Origin: a virus
DNA: 26,230 nucleotides
Virus record (IMG/VR): IMGVR_UViG_3300035542_000215
Reading direction: 5' to 3' (one strand)
Below the pieces are notes generated by a model, which saw nothing but the letters and a program-made list of their open reading frames with translations, was not told the DNA's origin and did not search any database. Below, in pieces: positions 1 to 8,323 of the stretch; position 1 is the first letter of the stretch; every line of letters starts with the position of its first letter. A program made the position numbers and the translations under genes.

Positions 1-554
1 ATATGAAAAATAAACATTCAATACGAATATATGAATTACTTAAGCAGTATGAAAAAATAGGCAAGAGGAAGTTTGAATACTTTGAATTAAGGAATTTATT
101 AGGTTTAAAAAACGAATACAAAAGAAAACATGATTTTGAAAAAAAAGTAATAGAACCTGCAAAAAAAGAAATTAATGCTCAAACTGACATAACAATTGAT
201 TATACAAAGATAAGAAAAGGTAGGAGTATAATTGGATATAACTTTACAATAGAAAGAACCGTTTTAGAAGATGAAGAATATATAGACTATCTAAATGAAT
301 ACTACGATATAGATGATCTAAAAAAAAGAATGGGTATAGAAGATGAAAACTTTAACTCTAAACAAGTAATGGATATATTTGAAGCTGCTACAGAAAAAGT
401 AAATGAAAATGAGATTGATGTCTTTGAGTACATTAGAATAAACTATAACCATATAAAAGACAAAGCAAGAAATACCTATGCTTATTTATTAAAGGCCATA
501 AAAAATGATTATGCCTGTGCAGCAGATCAGATAAAATTTGATATGGAAATATAG
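1..554 (+). CDS. Rep_3-family plasmid replication initiator, C-terminal part (5'-truncated by window edge)
   Basis: SIRIYELLKQY...FELRNLLGL...Y..KHDFEKKVIEPAKKEIN..TDITIDY..IRKGRSI.GYNF matches the second winged-helix of Rep_3/RepB initiators. DnaA box and iterons follow immediately. The ATG at 3 is probably internal. Confidence 0.9.
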   Translation, partial: MKNKHSIRIYELLKQYEKIGKRKFEYFELRNLLGLKNEYKRKHDFEKKVIEPAKKEINAQTDITIDYTKIRKGRSIIGYNFTIERTVLEDEEYIDYLNEYYDIDDLKKRMGIEDENFNSKQVMDIFEAATEKVNENEIDVFEYIRINYNHIKDKARNTYAYLLKAIKNDYACAADQIKFDMEI

Positions 555-560
555 TTAATC

Positions 561-569
561 TGTGGATAA
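561..569 (-). promoter_or_regulatory. DnaA box (TTATCCACA)
   Basis: TGTGGATAA at 561-569 is a perfect consensus, 6 bp after the rep stop and next to the AT-rich stretch. Confidence 0.85.
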
Positions 570-570
570 C

Positions 571-650
571 TTTTCTTTATTATTTATTTATATAATTTAA
601 CTCTTTAACTAATTATAATACTTGTAACTAGTTTTAACTACTTTTAGGCA
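571..650. other. AT-rich putative DNA-unwinding element of the origin
   Basis: Very AT-rich, between the DnaA box and iterons, with TAACT at 598, 606, 625 and 635. Confidence 0.55.
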
Positions 651-687
651 AGTTGAAAGTGTTTAAAATGCTAGGCTACAGGAGAGA

Positions 688-1283
688 AATAACGACAAAA
701 ACTACTTTTAATGACGAAGGAAACTATGCTTAATAACGATAAAAACTACGTTATTGGCGACAAAAACTACTTTTTATAACGACAAAAACTACTTTTAATA
801 AAAAAAATAGCAAAAAAAATAGTAAAACTAGAAATAAGCAAAAAAATAAATAAAAAAGCAAGATAAATTATGTTTCTTGAAAAAGAAAACATGTTTTTTA
901 CCGTTTAAACCAGTTAATGACGAAGGAAACTACGCCTAATGACGACAAAAACTACGTTAACAACGAAAAAAACTATGTAAAATAGTAAAAATATCTATAT
1001 GCATCAAAAAAAAATATATAAATACAGTTTATTTATGAAAAAAAGCAAATAAAAAAAACAAATAAATACTTAAAATTTAAGGATATAACGACAAAAACTA
1101 CGCCTGATGACGAAAGAAACTACTTTAATAACGACAAAAACTACGTCGCTAAACATATATTTTTAACTTTTTGATCATAAAAAGCTGATAAAAATTAGAT
1201 TTATGTAGAAATTCAGGTGGATATGACGACAAAAACTACGCTAACAACGAAAAAAACTACGTTAATAACGACAAAAACTACGT
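688..1283 (+). repeat. Iteron array: 14 direct repeats of about 21-22 bp, consensus AATRACGACAAAAACTACGYY(T)
   Basis: Clusters at 688-796 (5 units), 916-978 (3), 1084-1147 (3) and 1222-1283 (3). Units are head-to-tail with a period of about two helical turns. Confidence 0.9.
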
Positions 1284-1303
1284 AAAAAAAGAAAGCTATA
1301 TAT

Positions 1304-1693
1304 TTATAACTTTCTTTCATCCCATAATTGGTCCACATATTTTTTTGCAAATTCTGCAATTTCAATTCTACTACTTAGATCTCCTTTGTAGATCTTTGGA
1401 ATTTCATATAAAGCACAAAGTCTATTCATCACTTTTACTCCAACAATAACTGCATCGTGATAAGATTTTCTCATTTTATCAAGATTTTTTATTTTATCAA
1501 GATAATCTTCACGAGACAATCTAAATCGTGATACATTTATGGAGTTTTCCATCTGTGCAACTCTTTTAACATATTCAGCACAGTCTTCCCCAAGCTCCTC
1601 TATAGTTTCTTTTTCCATTTCTCTACTTTCTTTATCATTATTTTTTTCAACAGCTTCTATTAAGCTTTTAATACCTCTTTTTATATCTTCCAT
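1304..1693 (-). CDS. DUF3232-like helical protein
   Basis: YV..V..ME....RFR...EDY.DKI.NLDK.R...HDAVI..V..MNRLC..Y.....Y.GD...R.EIAEF pattern; RBS AGGAGG. Confidence 0.7.
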   Translation of the reverse strand: MEDIKRGIKSLIEAVEKNNDKESREMEKETIEELGEDCAEYVKRVAQMENSINVSRFRLSREDYLDKIKNLDKMRKSYHDAVIVGVKVMNRLCALYEIPKIYKGDLSSRIEIAEFAKKYVDQLWDERKL

Positions 1694-1741
1694 TATTTCC
1701 TCCTATTTTTAACGCATTGCTGCTCCTTATATTCTATATTA

Positions 1742-1772
1742 TATTATATGCTTTTACAAAATATTATATTCC
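1742..1772 (-). promoter_or_regulatory. Recurrent promoter motif copy 1 (DUF3232 gene)
   Basis: GGAATAT-N13-AGCATATAATA on the minus strand. Confidence 0.8.
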
Positions 1773-1790
1773 AAAAAGACAAAAAAAGAT

Positions 1791-1821
1791 GGAATATAAA
1801 AAAATATTAATGCATATAATA
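1791..1821 (+). promoter_or_regulatory. Recurrent promoter motif copy 2 (HD-GYP gene)
   Basis: GGAATAT-N13-TGCATATAATA. Confidence 0.85.
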
Positions 1822-1850
1822 TAAAAATACATCAGATAGAGGGGGCATAA

Positions 1851-2699
1851 ATGGTAATTTCAGCTTATGAAGAAACGAAAAATAAAAATATTGTAAAAAA
1901 CAATATAATTGAATTTAAAAAAGAAAAAATAAATATTGAAGAAAAACTTATAAAAGAGCCTTTGATAGATAAGATAGCAGGTGATTATTCTTATAGATAT
2001 TATATAAAAAAAGAAGATGTAGAAAATGCTAAAAAAATTATTAATTATATAAAAAAAACACATATAGACAAAGAAAAAGCTAGTTGCAATGATTTAAAAA
2101 AAGATAAAGAGATTGAAGACATAATAAAAACAGCGATAAATGATGATAGGATTATAGAAAATTTAGTGTTGATAAAAAGATGCAATAACTATACTTTTTA
2201 TCATTCTTTAAATACTTTCAAATTATCGTTGTTGATAGGGTATGAAATAGGTATTAAACAAAATGATCTTCTAGACCTTGGATATTCAGCTATTTTACAC
2301 GATACAGGTAAAATTTTTGTTGATTGTAAAATGTTGAATAAAAAAAACAAACTAACAAAAGAAGAATTTGAAAATATTAAAAAACATCCATCTAAAGGAT
2401 ACACTTATTTAAAAAATAAATATAATTTTTCTAAAAAAATACTTGAAGGTGTTTTGTATCATCATGAAAGATGGAATGGGGAAGGATATGAGGCTAAAAT
2501 AAGTGGTGATAAAATACCAAATTATGCTTACATAATAGCCGTTGCTGATGTTTTCGACGCATTAACAACTAAGAGAATTTACAGAAATAAATGGAGTATT
2601 AATATTGCCTTGTCATATATTAATAAAAACAGTAGTGTTTTATTTTCTCCAGCAGTAGTTGAAAGCTTAAATAAAATCACAAAACACAAGCCAGGGTAA
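1851..2699 (+). CDS. HD-GYP domain phosphohydrolase (putative cyclic-dinucleotide phosphodiesterase)
   Basis: TFYHS...LHDTGK...LNK..KLT.EEF..IKKHP..GY...HHERWNGEGYE...IIAVADVFDALTTKRIYR; the GYP motif reads GYE. Confidence 0.9.
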   Translation: MVISAYEETKNKNIVKNNIIEFKKEKINIEEKLIKEPLIDKIAGDYSYRYYIKKEDVENAKKIINYIKKTHIDKEKASCNDLKKDKEIEDIIKTAINDDRIIENLVLIKRCNNYTFYHSLNTFKLSLLIGYEIGIKQNDLLDLGYSAILHDTGKIFVDCKMLNKKNKLTKEEFENIKKHPSKGYTYLKNKYNFSKKILEGVLYHHERWNGEGYEAKISGDKIPNYAYIIAVADVFDALTTKRIYRNKWSINIALSYINKNSSVLFSPAVVESLNKITKHKPG

Positions 2700-2867
2700 T
2701 AATAAAATAAGATTTATTAAAATAAAGTTATGGTATAAGAAATTTAATTTTTGATTTACATAATCATTTATGATAATATCATTATTGATAACGTGTTATC
2801 TGACACTATCAAATAACAAAAGAAGGCATTGTAAAAAATAAAAAGTGTTTTGTCAAGGGGGATTAAT

Positions 2868-3227
2868 GTGAGTAGAAAGCATGGAAATTTTCCAGCTCAA
2901 ATTAGCACAACTCAATTCGTTAAGCTGCATATATTTGACTTATTAAACAGAGGAGATAAGTACGGACAAAGTATTATCGATTCAATAGAAGAAAGATTGG
3001 AAGGGAAATGGAAGCCTTCTCCTGGAATGGTATATCCACTTTTAAGGCAGTTTGAAGAAGAGGGGTATATAAGGGGATCATGGCTATCCGAAAGCAAAAG
3101 AACTATAAGGTTATACAGCTTAACACAAGATGGATACAATCACTTTAACAGTGTAAAAAAGACATATATTGAAAAGCTTGAAAACTCAAAAAAAATTATA
3201 GAACTTACCATTAAATATATATACTAA
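2868..3227 (+). CDS. PadR-family transcriptional regulator
   Basis: YGQSIIDSIEERLEGKWKPSPGMVYPLLRQFEEEGYI...KRTIRLYSLTQDG. Start moved to GTG 2868 because RBS AAGGGGGA precedes it. Confidence 0.9.
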   Translation: MSRKHGNFPAQISTTQFVKLHIFDLLNRGDKYGQSIIDSIEERLEGKWKPSPGMVYPLLRQFEEEGYIRGSWLSESKRTIRLYSLTQDGYNHFNSVKKTYIEKLENSKKIIELTIKYIY

Positions 3228-3255
3228 AAAAAGTGTCTGTTAGGACACTTTTTTT
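3226..3255. terminator. Bidirectional intrinsic terminator
   Basis: A7-GTGTC-tgttag-GACAC-T7 between convergent genes. Confidence 0.75.
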
Positions 3256-5024
3256 ATTTTTATCTCTTTTTCTAGTTTTTCATTAACTTTTTTCTTTATT
3301 TTTTTATTTATATCAGAAGTTGAAATATAAATTTCATTTTCTTCACAGTACTTTTGGATATATTTTTGATTTTTTCTTGAAAGCTTACAATTTCCATATC
3401 CTTTAGCTTGAACTAAGCTTTTATTGTCATTACTGTTTAAACTAGTTTCAATCTCTAGACATCCTTCAATTTTCCTGTCTTTTTCTAAAAATGCTATTTG
3501 AGTAGATCCTCTTTTACAGTTGTAGGTATATCCAGTTACACAATTTTTTAGTGCATTTCCTACCATTCCTAATTCTTTTTGACTGTGTGCGTATCTTATG
3601 TAAACACCATTTCCTACTTCAAAATCTTTTAAAGATCTTACATTATTAAACTGCTCTTCGCTTAAATCTAAATTTCTCAAATATTGGGATGATTCGTCGT
3701 GAAGTTTTTGAATACATCCTTTTGTTTTAAAATTGGCACCTTTTTTGCGTATTTCAGAAATATTACATGCTGTATCTACTAATAGGTCAAATCTATGAGA
3801 TCCTAATAATTTTCTATAAATATCTTCTTCGCTAAAAACCTCTTTTAGCGTATCTATTTCAGAATTTGCATCGAATCCATTTATATCATACTTATAGGAG
3901 TCGTAGTGTTTTCCATGTAAAATATGACTTTCAAACCTTGTAAAGTTTTTTTTGTTCTTCCTAAACATTTTTTCTGTATCTTTAATGATATTCCTTCTTC
4001 TGTCTATATTTGTTAAATGGCAATGGTGCTCTTTAACCATTTCTAAAGCATACGGGTATTCCCAATAATATTTAAGAAGATTTTTAGGTATGTAATCTAC
4101 AGTGGTTTTGTTTATTTCTAAAAGATAATTAAATATTTCTTTTTTATTTTTATCCGTCTCTCCTTCTTTTAGGTACTTCCTAAAAATTCTATAAATTTTC
4201 CTTGGATACTTAATTGCCAAAGAATACTCATCAACTCTTCTTTCTATCTCTTTCTTATTGTAAAAAAATTCATCTTCATCGTTGTTTACCCTTTCAAGAT
4301 ACTCTTTATCCCCATCTAAGTCATATTTATACTGATAGTATTTAGATTTTATCATGTGGCATATATACATATCCCTGCGTGCTTTATTTATAGGTTTTCT
4401 TGTTTTATTTAGCCACTGCATATCTTCCCAGGACACCTCATAACCTTCTGGATATTTAACCCCAATTTCCTTACAAAATGTTCTTACAACTTTTTTTGGA
4501 ATAATTATATCTAACCTTGCTTTAGTATTGTTGCAATAAGGCAAAGTTACATTTTCAAACCCCTTAGCTTGGTTTAACGTATTATCTTTGCCTGGAATAT
4601 TGGATATGTAAATTACTGCTGTTCTTTTATCTAAGTCAAATCTTAATTTAAGCCTATAAACAGTATTTCCTACAACAGGATAGACTACTTCATATCCCTT
4701 TTCACTACTAGCTATTGTAAAAGAAAGGGTAAATTTATTGTTTTCCTTTACATCGTTAAACATAATAGTAGAAGCATTGAAGAATAGATCGTTTTGTGCC
4801 TTTCTTTTTACTATTTTTGTGTTTTCTTTTGAAAATACATTTTCACAATGCAAGCACTTAAAATCATTGTTTTTATCAAAATAATCTATTATATTAATAG
4901 AATGGCTTCTTGATATTTCTTTTAGTTTATAGGTTCTTTTGCAGCTATCACACTTTACCATAATGCAAAGCTCTCCATCATAAGTTCTTTCCCATAGCAA
5001 ATTCATTCTCCTAAATTTTTCCAT
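3240..5024 (-). CDS. PcfJ-domain protein with N-terminal CxxC...CxxC zinc-ribbon-like motif
   Basis: C-terminal KLHD...SQKELGMVGNALKNCVTGY...I.FL.....EGCLEI...LVQAKGYGN is the PcfJ-like signature; N-terminal CDSC and CLHC. Confidence 0.8.
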   Translation of the reverse strand: MEKFRRMNLLWERTYDGELCIMVKCDSCKRTYKLKEISRSHSINIIDYFDKNNDFKCLHCENVFSKENTKIVKRKAQNDLFFNASTIMFNDVKENNKFTLSFTIASSEKGYEVVYPVVGNTVYRLKLRFDLDKRTAVIYISNIPGKDNTLNQAKGFENVTLPYCNNTKARLDIIIPKKVVRTFCKEIGVKYPEGYEVSWEDMQWLNKTRKPINKARRDMYICHMIKSKYYQYKYDLDGDKEYLERVNNDEDEFFYNKKEIERRVDEYSLAIKYPRKIYRIFRKYLKEGETDKNKKEIFNYLLEINKTTVDYIPKNLLKYYWEYPYALEMVKEHHCHLTNIDRRRNIIKDTEKMFRKNKKNFTRFESHILHGKHYDSYKYDINGFDANSEIDTLKEVFSEEDIYRKLLGSHRFDLLVDTACNISEIRKKGANFKTKGCIQKLHDESSQYLRNLDLSEEQFNNVRSLKDFEVGNGVYIRYAHSQKELGMVGNALKNCVTGYTYNCKRGSTQIAFLEKDRKIEGCLEIETSLNSNDNKSLVQAKGYGNCKLSRKNQKYIQKYCEENEIYISTSDINKKIKKKVNEKLEKEIKIKKVS

Positions 5025-5074
5025 GTTTTCTCCTCCTTTTTTTGTGTAAAGACACTCCTTCTTTAATTATTCTT

Positions 5075-5105
5075 TATTATATGCAGGGGATATTTTTTAT
5101 ATTCC
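5075..5105 (-). promoter_or_regulatory. Recurrent promoter motif copy 3 (PcfJ-like gene)
   Basis: GGAATAT-N13-TGCATATAATA on the minus strand. Confidence 0.85.
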
Positions 5106-5127
5106 TATAAATTTGAAGGTGTTTAAT

Positions 5128-5156
5128 TTGACAGCTTTTGATTTGTGGGTTATACT
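5128..5156 (+). promoter_or_regulatory. sigmaA-type promoter
   Basis: TTGACA-17 bp-TATACT. Confidence 0.85.
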
Positions 5157-5171
5157 TTAAATAAGTTAATA

Positions 5172-5189
5172 GGTACTTCACTAAGTACC
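5172..5189. promoter_or_regulatory. Inverted repeat, candidate operator
   Basis: GGTACTT-cact-AAGTACC just downstream of the sigmaA promoter of an RHH-like gene. Confidence 0.5.
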
Positions 5190-5272
5190 AAAAAGAACCT
5201 TGGAAATTAAATAGAAAAGAAAAAACCAAAAACTCACTTTTTCATAATATAAGACAAAAAGGAGAAAATTAT

Positions 5273-6277
5273 ATGAAAAACAGTGAAATCAAAAAAAGGA
5301 ATAAATACAGTAAAAAAGCTTATAAAAATTTTTCTACAAAAATAAAGCCGACGCTATCAAGAGATCTAGATGAGATACAAGAAGATTTAGGGCTTTCAAA
5401 GCCTCAGCTTTTAAGAAAGCTTGTAGATGTTTATAAAGAAAACAAAAATATAGTAAAATCAAAAAAACTAAAAGGAGAAGATATTATGAAAAATGAAAGA
5501 ATGATAGATAAAATGAATAGCAAAGAGGGAATGTGGATACTAGGAAGAAATATTTTAGCAGAAAAGGCTTTTGGTGATTTAATCCCAGATAATTTAAGAT
5601 ACCAAGCCTATAAAATAAATAAAAATGGAAAATATTTCTTAATATATAGTGTAACTGACGGGATTCCAAATATTAAAGCATACAAAGAAGAAAAAATTAC
5701 ATTTAACAAAAAAGGATCTAAGCTGGAAATAAGACTAGATGGAGAAGTTGAATTTTCCAATGTATACATTGGAGATACACCAGAAGAAGAAAGGGAATAT
5801 TTAGAAGAATTTTTAGAAGATTGGGATCTTACAAAAGAGGATATAGAAAAATATTCAAAAACATTTGAAAAACAAAAGCTAGAAGAAGTAGATATTTTAG
5901 TTTTACCAGAAGAAAAAGATGATAGAGAAACATCAGAGGAAGCAATGCAGCATCCTTTGATTAAAGAGATGAAAAGTGAAAAAGGAGTTTGGTTTAAAGA
6001 AAACAACTTGGTTGCACAGGCAATATTTGGAAGTAAGACAGATGAAAAGCTTCCTCCACGAGCCGTGAATTTAAAGAAAATTGGAGAAAAAATAATTGCT
6101 AAGTTTTGTGGTCAAGAAACAATTGTAAAAACATATCATGAATCAGATATTGTATTTGAAATAGATGATGATTCAGTTGTTATGATAAGAAAAGAAAAAG
6201 CTTACGATGAAGAAATAGAGGAAAGCAAAAAAATACCTAAAGATACAAAAAATTATCCAACTTTAAAAATTTTATAA
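5273..6277 (+). CDS. Hypothetical protein: N-terminal ribbon-helix-helix-like domain plus two internally repeated domains
   Basis: FSTKIKPTLSRDLDEIQEDLGLSKPQLLRKLVDVY is CopG/RHH-like; MNSKEGMW...AFG and MKSEKGVW...IFG are duplicated segments. Confidence 0.6.
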   Translation: MKNSEIKKRNKYSKKAYKNFSTKIKPTLSRDLDEIQEDLGLSKPQLLRKLVDVYKENKNIVKSKKLKGEDIMKNERMIDKMNSKEGMWILGRNILAEKAFGDLIPDNLRYQAYKINKNGKYFLIYSVTDGIPNIKAYKEEKITFNKKGSKLEIRLDGEVEFSNVYIGDTPEEEREYLEEFLEDWDLTKEDIEKYSKTFEKQKLEEVDILVLPEEKDDRETSEEAMQHPLIKEMKSEKGVWFKENNLVAQAIFGSKTDEKLPPRAVNLKKIGEKIIAKFCGQETIVKTYHESDIVFEIDDDSVVMIRKEKAYDEEIEESKKIPKDTKNYPTLKIL

Positions 6278-6284
6278 GAAAAAC

Positions 6285-6311
6285 AAAGCCCTATTAAAAG
6301 GGGCTTTTTTT
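6285..6311 (+). terminator. Intrinsic terminator
   Basis: AAAGCCC...GGGC followed by T7. Confidence 0.75.
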
Positions 6312-6313
6312 AT

Positions 6314-6344
6314 GGAATATTTAAAGAGGTTAATGCATATAATA
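6314..6344 (+). promoter_or_regulatory. Recurrent promoter motif copy 4 (hpf)
   Basis: GGAATAT-N13-TGCATATAATA. Confidence 0.85.
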
Positions 6345-6381
6345 AATTATGCATAAAAAATAAAAAAAGAGAGGTATTATT

Positions 6382-6909
6382 ATGAAATTAGACATTTTTG
6401 GAAAAAATATTGCTGTTACCGAATCTTTGGAAAAAACATTAGAAGAAAAAATGAAAAAGCTAAATAAGCACTTAGGAAAAGAAACTACAGTGAGAATTGT
6501 TCTAAGAGTTGAAAAATTAAGACACATTGTAGAAATAGTTATTCCAGTATCAAAAAACGTGATAAAAGTAGAAGAATCAGCTGCTGATATGTATGAAACG
6601 ATTGACAAGGCAGTAAGTGTTACAGAAAGACAGTTGAAAAAATACAAAAATAAAATAGATAACAAAAAACATTCAAAAGAAACAATAAGAAAAAACTTTG
6701 ATAGTAAAAATCAAGATGAAAAATCAGAGAGAAAGATTGTAAAGAGAAAAGTATTTTCTTTAAAACCTATGAGTATAGAAGAAGCTATTTTACAAATGGA
6801 AATGCTGGGACATAGTTTTTTTGTTTTTTTAAATGCTGATACTGAAGAAACTAATGTAATATATAATAGAAAAGATCATAACATAGGATTAATAGAAACA
6901 AATTTTTAA
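6382..6909 (+). CDS. hpf: Long-form ribosome hibernation promoting factor (RaiA/HPF family)
   Basis: GKNIAVTESL...KM.KL.K...VEI.IP......EE...DMYETID......ERQLKKYK.K plus C-terminal IVKRKVF.LKPMSIEEAILQMEMLGHSFFVF.N......NVIY.RKD...GLIE. Confidence 0.95.
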   Translation: MKLDIFGKNIAVTESLEKTLEEKMKKLNKHLGKETTVRIVLRVEKLRHIVEIVIPVSKNVIKVEESAADMYETIDKAVSVTERQLKKYKNKIDNKKHSKETIRKNFDSKNQDEKSERKIVKRKVFSLKPMSIEEAILQMEMLGHSFFVFLNADTEETNVIYNRKDHNIGLIETNF

Positions 6910-6916
6910 ATGACAC

Positions 6917-6957
6917 ACAAAAAAAGCCTTTTAGTTTTAGCTAAAGGGCTTTTTTGT
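6917..6957. terminator. Bidirectional intrinsic terminator
   Basis: A-tract-GCCTTTTAG...CTAAAGGGC-T-tract between convergent genes. Confidence 0.8.
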
Positions 6958-6972
6958 TTAGAAAGGTATAAG

Positions 6973-7275
6973 TCATGCTAATCTTTGTTCTAAAGCTTTT
7001 CGATCAACTCTCATATCGAAAAATTTTAATTCATTAACATCTTTTTTTTCAATTTTTATTTCTACTACTCCATTGAATATTATATTTAGAATGTCTCCTG
7101 GTTTTGCCTTGGTAACTCTGCTTATAAAATCTTTTCTTTCTCCTAAAGAATTTACAATCATAGCTGCCGTAGTTTTTCCTTTTCCGTTCATTGTTGTGTT
7201 TACTTCTTCTACAAATTTTCTGCTCAAAGTATACTCTAAGCTTGTCCCCATAATGAAATATGTTCTTTTATACAT
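6973..7275 (-). CDS. Small hypothetical protein (paralogue of 7304-7579)
   Basis: RBS AGGAGG; aligns end to end with its neighbour. Confidence 0.75.
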   Translation of the reverse strand: MYKRTYFIMGTSLEYTLSRKFVEEVNTTMNGKGKTTAAMIVNSLGERKDFISRVTKAKPGDILNIIFNGVVEIKIEKKDVNELKFFDMRVDRKALEQRLA

Positions 7276-7303
7276 TTTTTCCTCCTATGTTTTAGTTCTA
7301 CCA

Positions 7304-7579
7304 CTATTTGTTTATTATTCTCATACTTACAAATTTAACTCTTTCTTCATCAAGCTTTAAGAAATAAAATTTTACTACATTGTATAGGGTTATGTTTAAA
7401 AGGGCCCCTTTACAAGCATTTTTTAACTTAGTATGCAGTTCAAAATTTCTACCTAATGAAGATGCTACTTTTTTAGCAAATTCTTTTCCTTTAGTGTTAG
7501 ATATCTCCCTTGCCTCTTCTATGCATTTTTGAGACAATTCATATTGAATACTAGTTCCATTAATTAATGAACAACTCAT
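7304..7579 (-). CDS. Small hypothetical protein (paralogue of 6973-7275)
   Basis: RBS AGGAGG; preceded by the recurrent motif. Confidence 0.75.
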   Translation of the reverse strand: MSCSLINGTSIQYELSQKCIEEAREISNTKGKEFAKKVASSLGRNFELHTKLKNACKGALLNITLYNVVKFYFLKLDEERVKFVSMRIINK

Positions 7580-7636
7580 GTTGCACCTCCTATGTTTTTT
7601 TGAGACTAAAAAGTCTCTCCTTTAATTTATTATTCT

Positions 7637-7667
7637 TATTATATGCAGAGGGTTAATCTTATATTCC
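7637..7667 (-). promoter_or_regulatory. Recurrent promoter motif copy 5
   Basis: GGAATAT-N13-TGCATATAATA on the minus strand. Confidence 0.85.
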
Positions 7668-7686
7668 TTTTTTTTAAATTTTTTTT

Positions 7687-7717
7687 GGAATATAAAATAT
7701 ATCTTTTGCATACTATA
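7687..7717 (+). promoter_or_regulatory. Recurrent promoter motif copy 6 (NT5C gene)
   Basis: GGAATAT-N13-TGCATACTATA. Confidence 0.8.
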
Positions 7718-7767
7718 GTTTATAATAAATAGGCAGCACTAAGTGCACATAAAACAAGGAGGATCTT

Positions 7768-8310
7768 ATGGATAAAAAAACTATACTTATAGATGTTGAT
7801 GGAGTCATAGCACACACTATGGAGAAAACTATCGATTTATATAATAAGAGAGGTATAAATAAGGTTAAGCTAGAAGACTTACAAGAATATGATTTACATA
7901 AAAACTCTGGAGTAGATAAAAGCATTTACGATATATTTAGAGAAAAGTTCTTTTTTAGAAACTTAAAAATTGACCAAGCAGCTAAAAAGATTATAAAAAA
8001 ACTACATGATGAAGGATATGATATAATATTTTCTACAGCTATCCTAAAAGAAGGATATACCGATAGACACGAATGGTTACAAGAACATTTTCCTTATATA
8101 CCAGATAATAACTATATGTTAGGCTCTAGAAAAGATTTGCTAAAAGGTGATGTTATGATAGATGATTCACCTAAAAACCTATTAAATAGTTCATGTGAGA
8201 TGGTTTTTTGTATGGACAGACCTTGGAACAGAAGTCTTAAAGATAAAAAAATTGTAAGGGTGTTTTCTTTTGATGACATTTACAATTATATCAAAGAAAA
8301 AGACAGCTAA
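7768..8310 (+). CDS. 5'(3')-deoxyribonucleotidase, NT5C/HAD family
   Basis: ILIDVDGVIA (HAD motif I), FFRNL, WLQEHFPYIP, KDLLKGDVMIDDSPKNL, PWNR. Confidence 0.9.
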   Translation: MDKKTILIDVDGVIAHTMEKTIDLYNKRGINKVKLEDLQEYDLHKNSGVDKSIYDIFREKFFFRNLKIDQAAKKIIKKLHDEGYDIIFSTAILKEGYTDRHEWLQEHFPYIPDNNYMLGSRKDLLKGDVMIDDSPKNLLNSSCEMVFCMDRPWNRSLKDKKIVRVFSFDDIYNYIKEKDS

Positions 8311-8323
8311 AACTGTCTTTTTT
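8297..8323. terminator. Bidirectional intrinsic terminator
   Basis: AAAAAGACAG-ctaaaa-CTGTCTTTTTT between convergent genes. Confidence 0.75.

Noticed and set aside
688-1283. Repeats as a CRISPR array
   Set aside because: Units are head-to-tail without unique spacers, degenerate and non-palindromic, next to rep and a DnaA box, and no cas genes are present.
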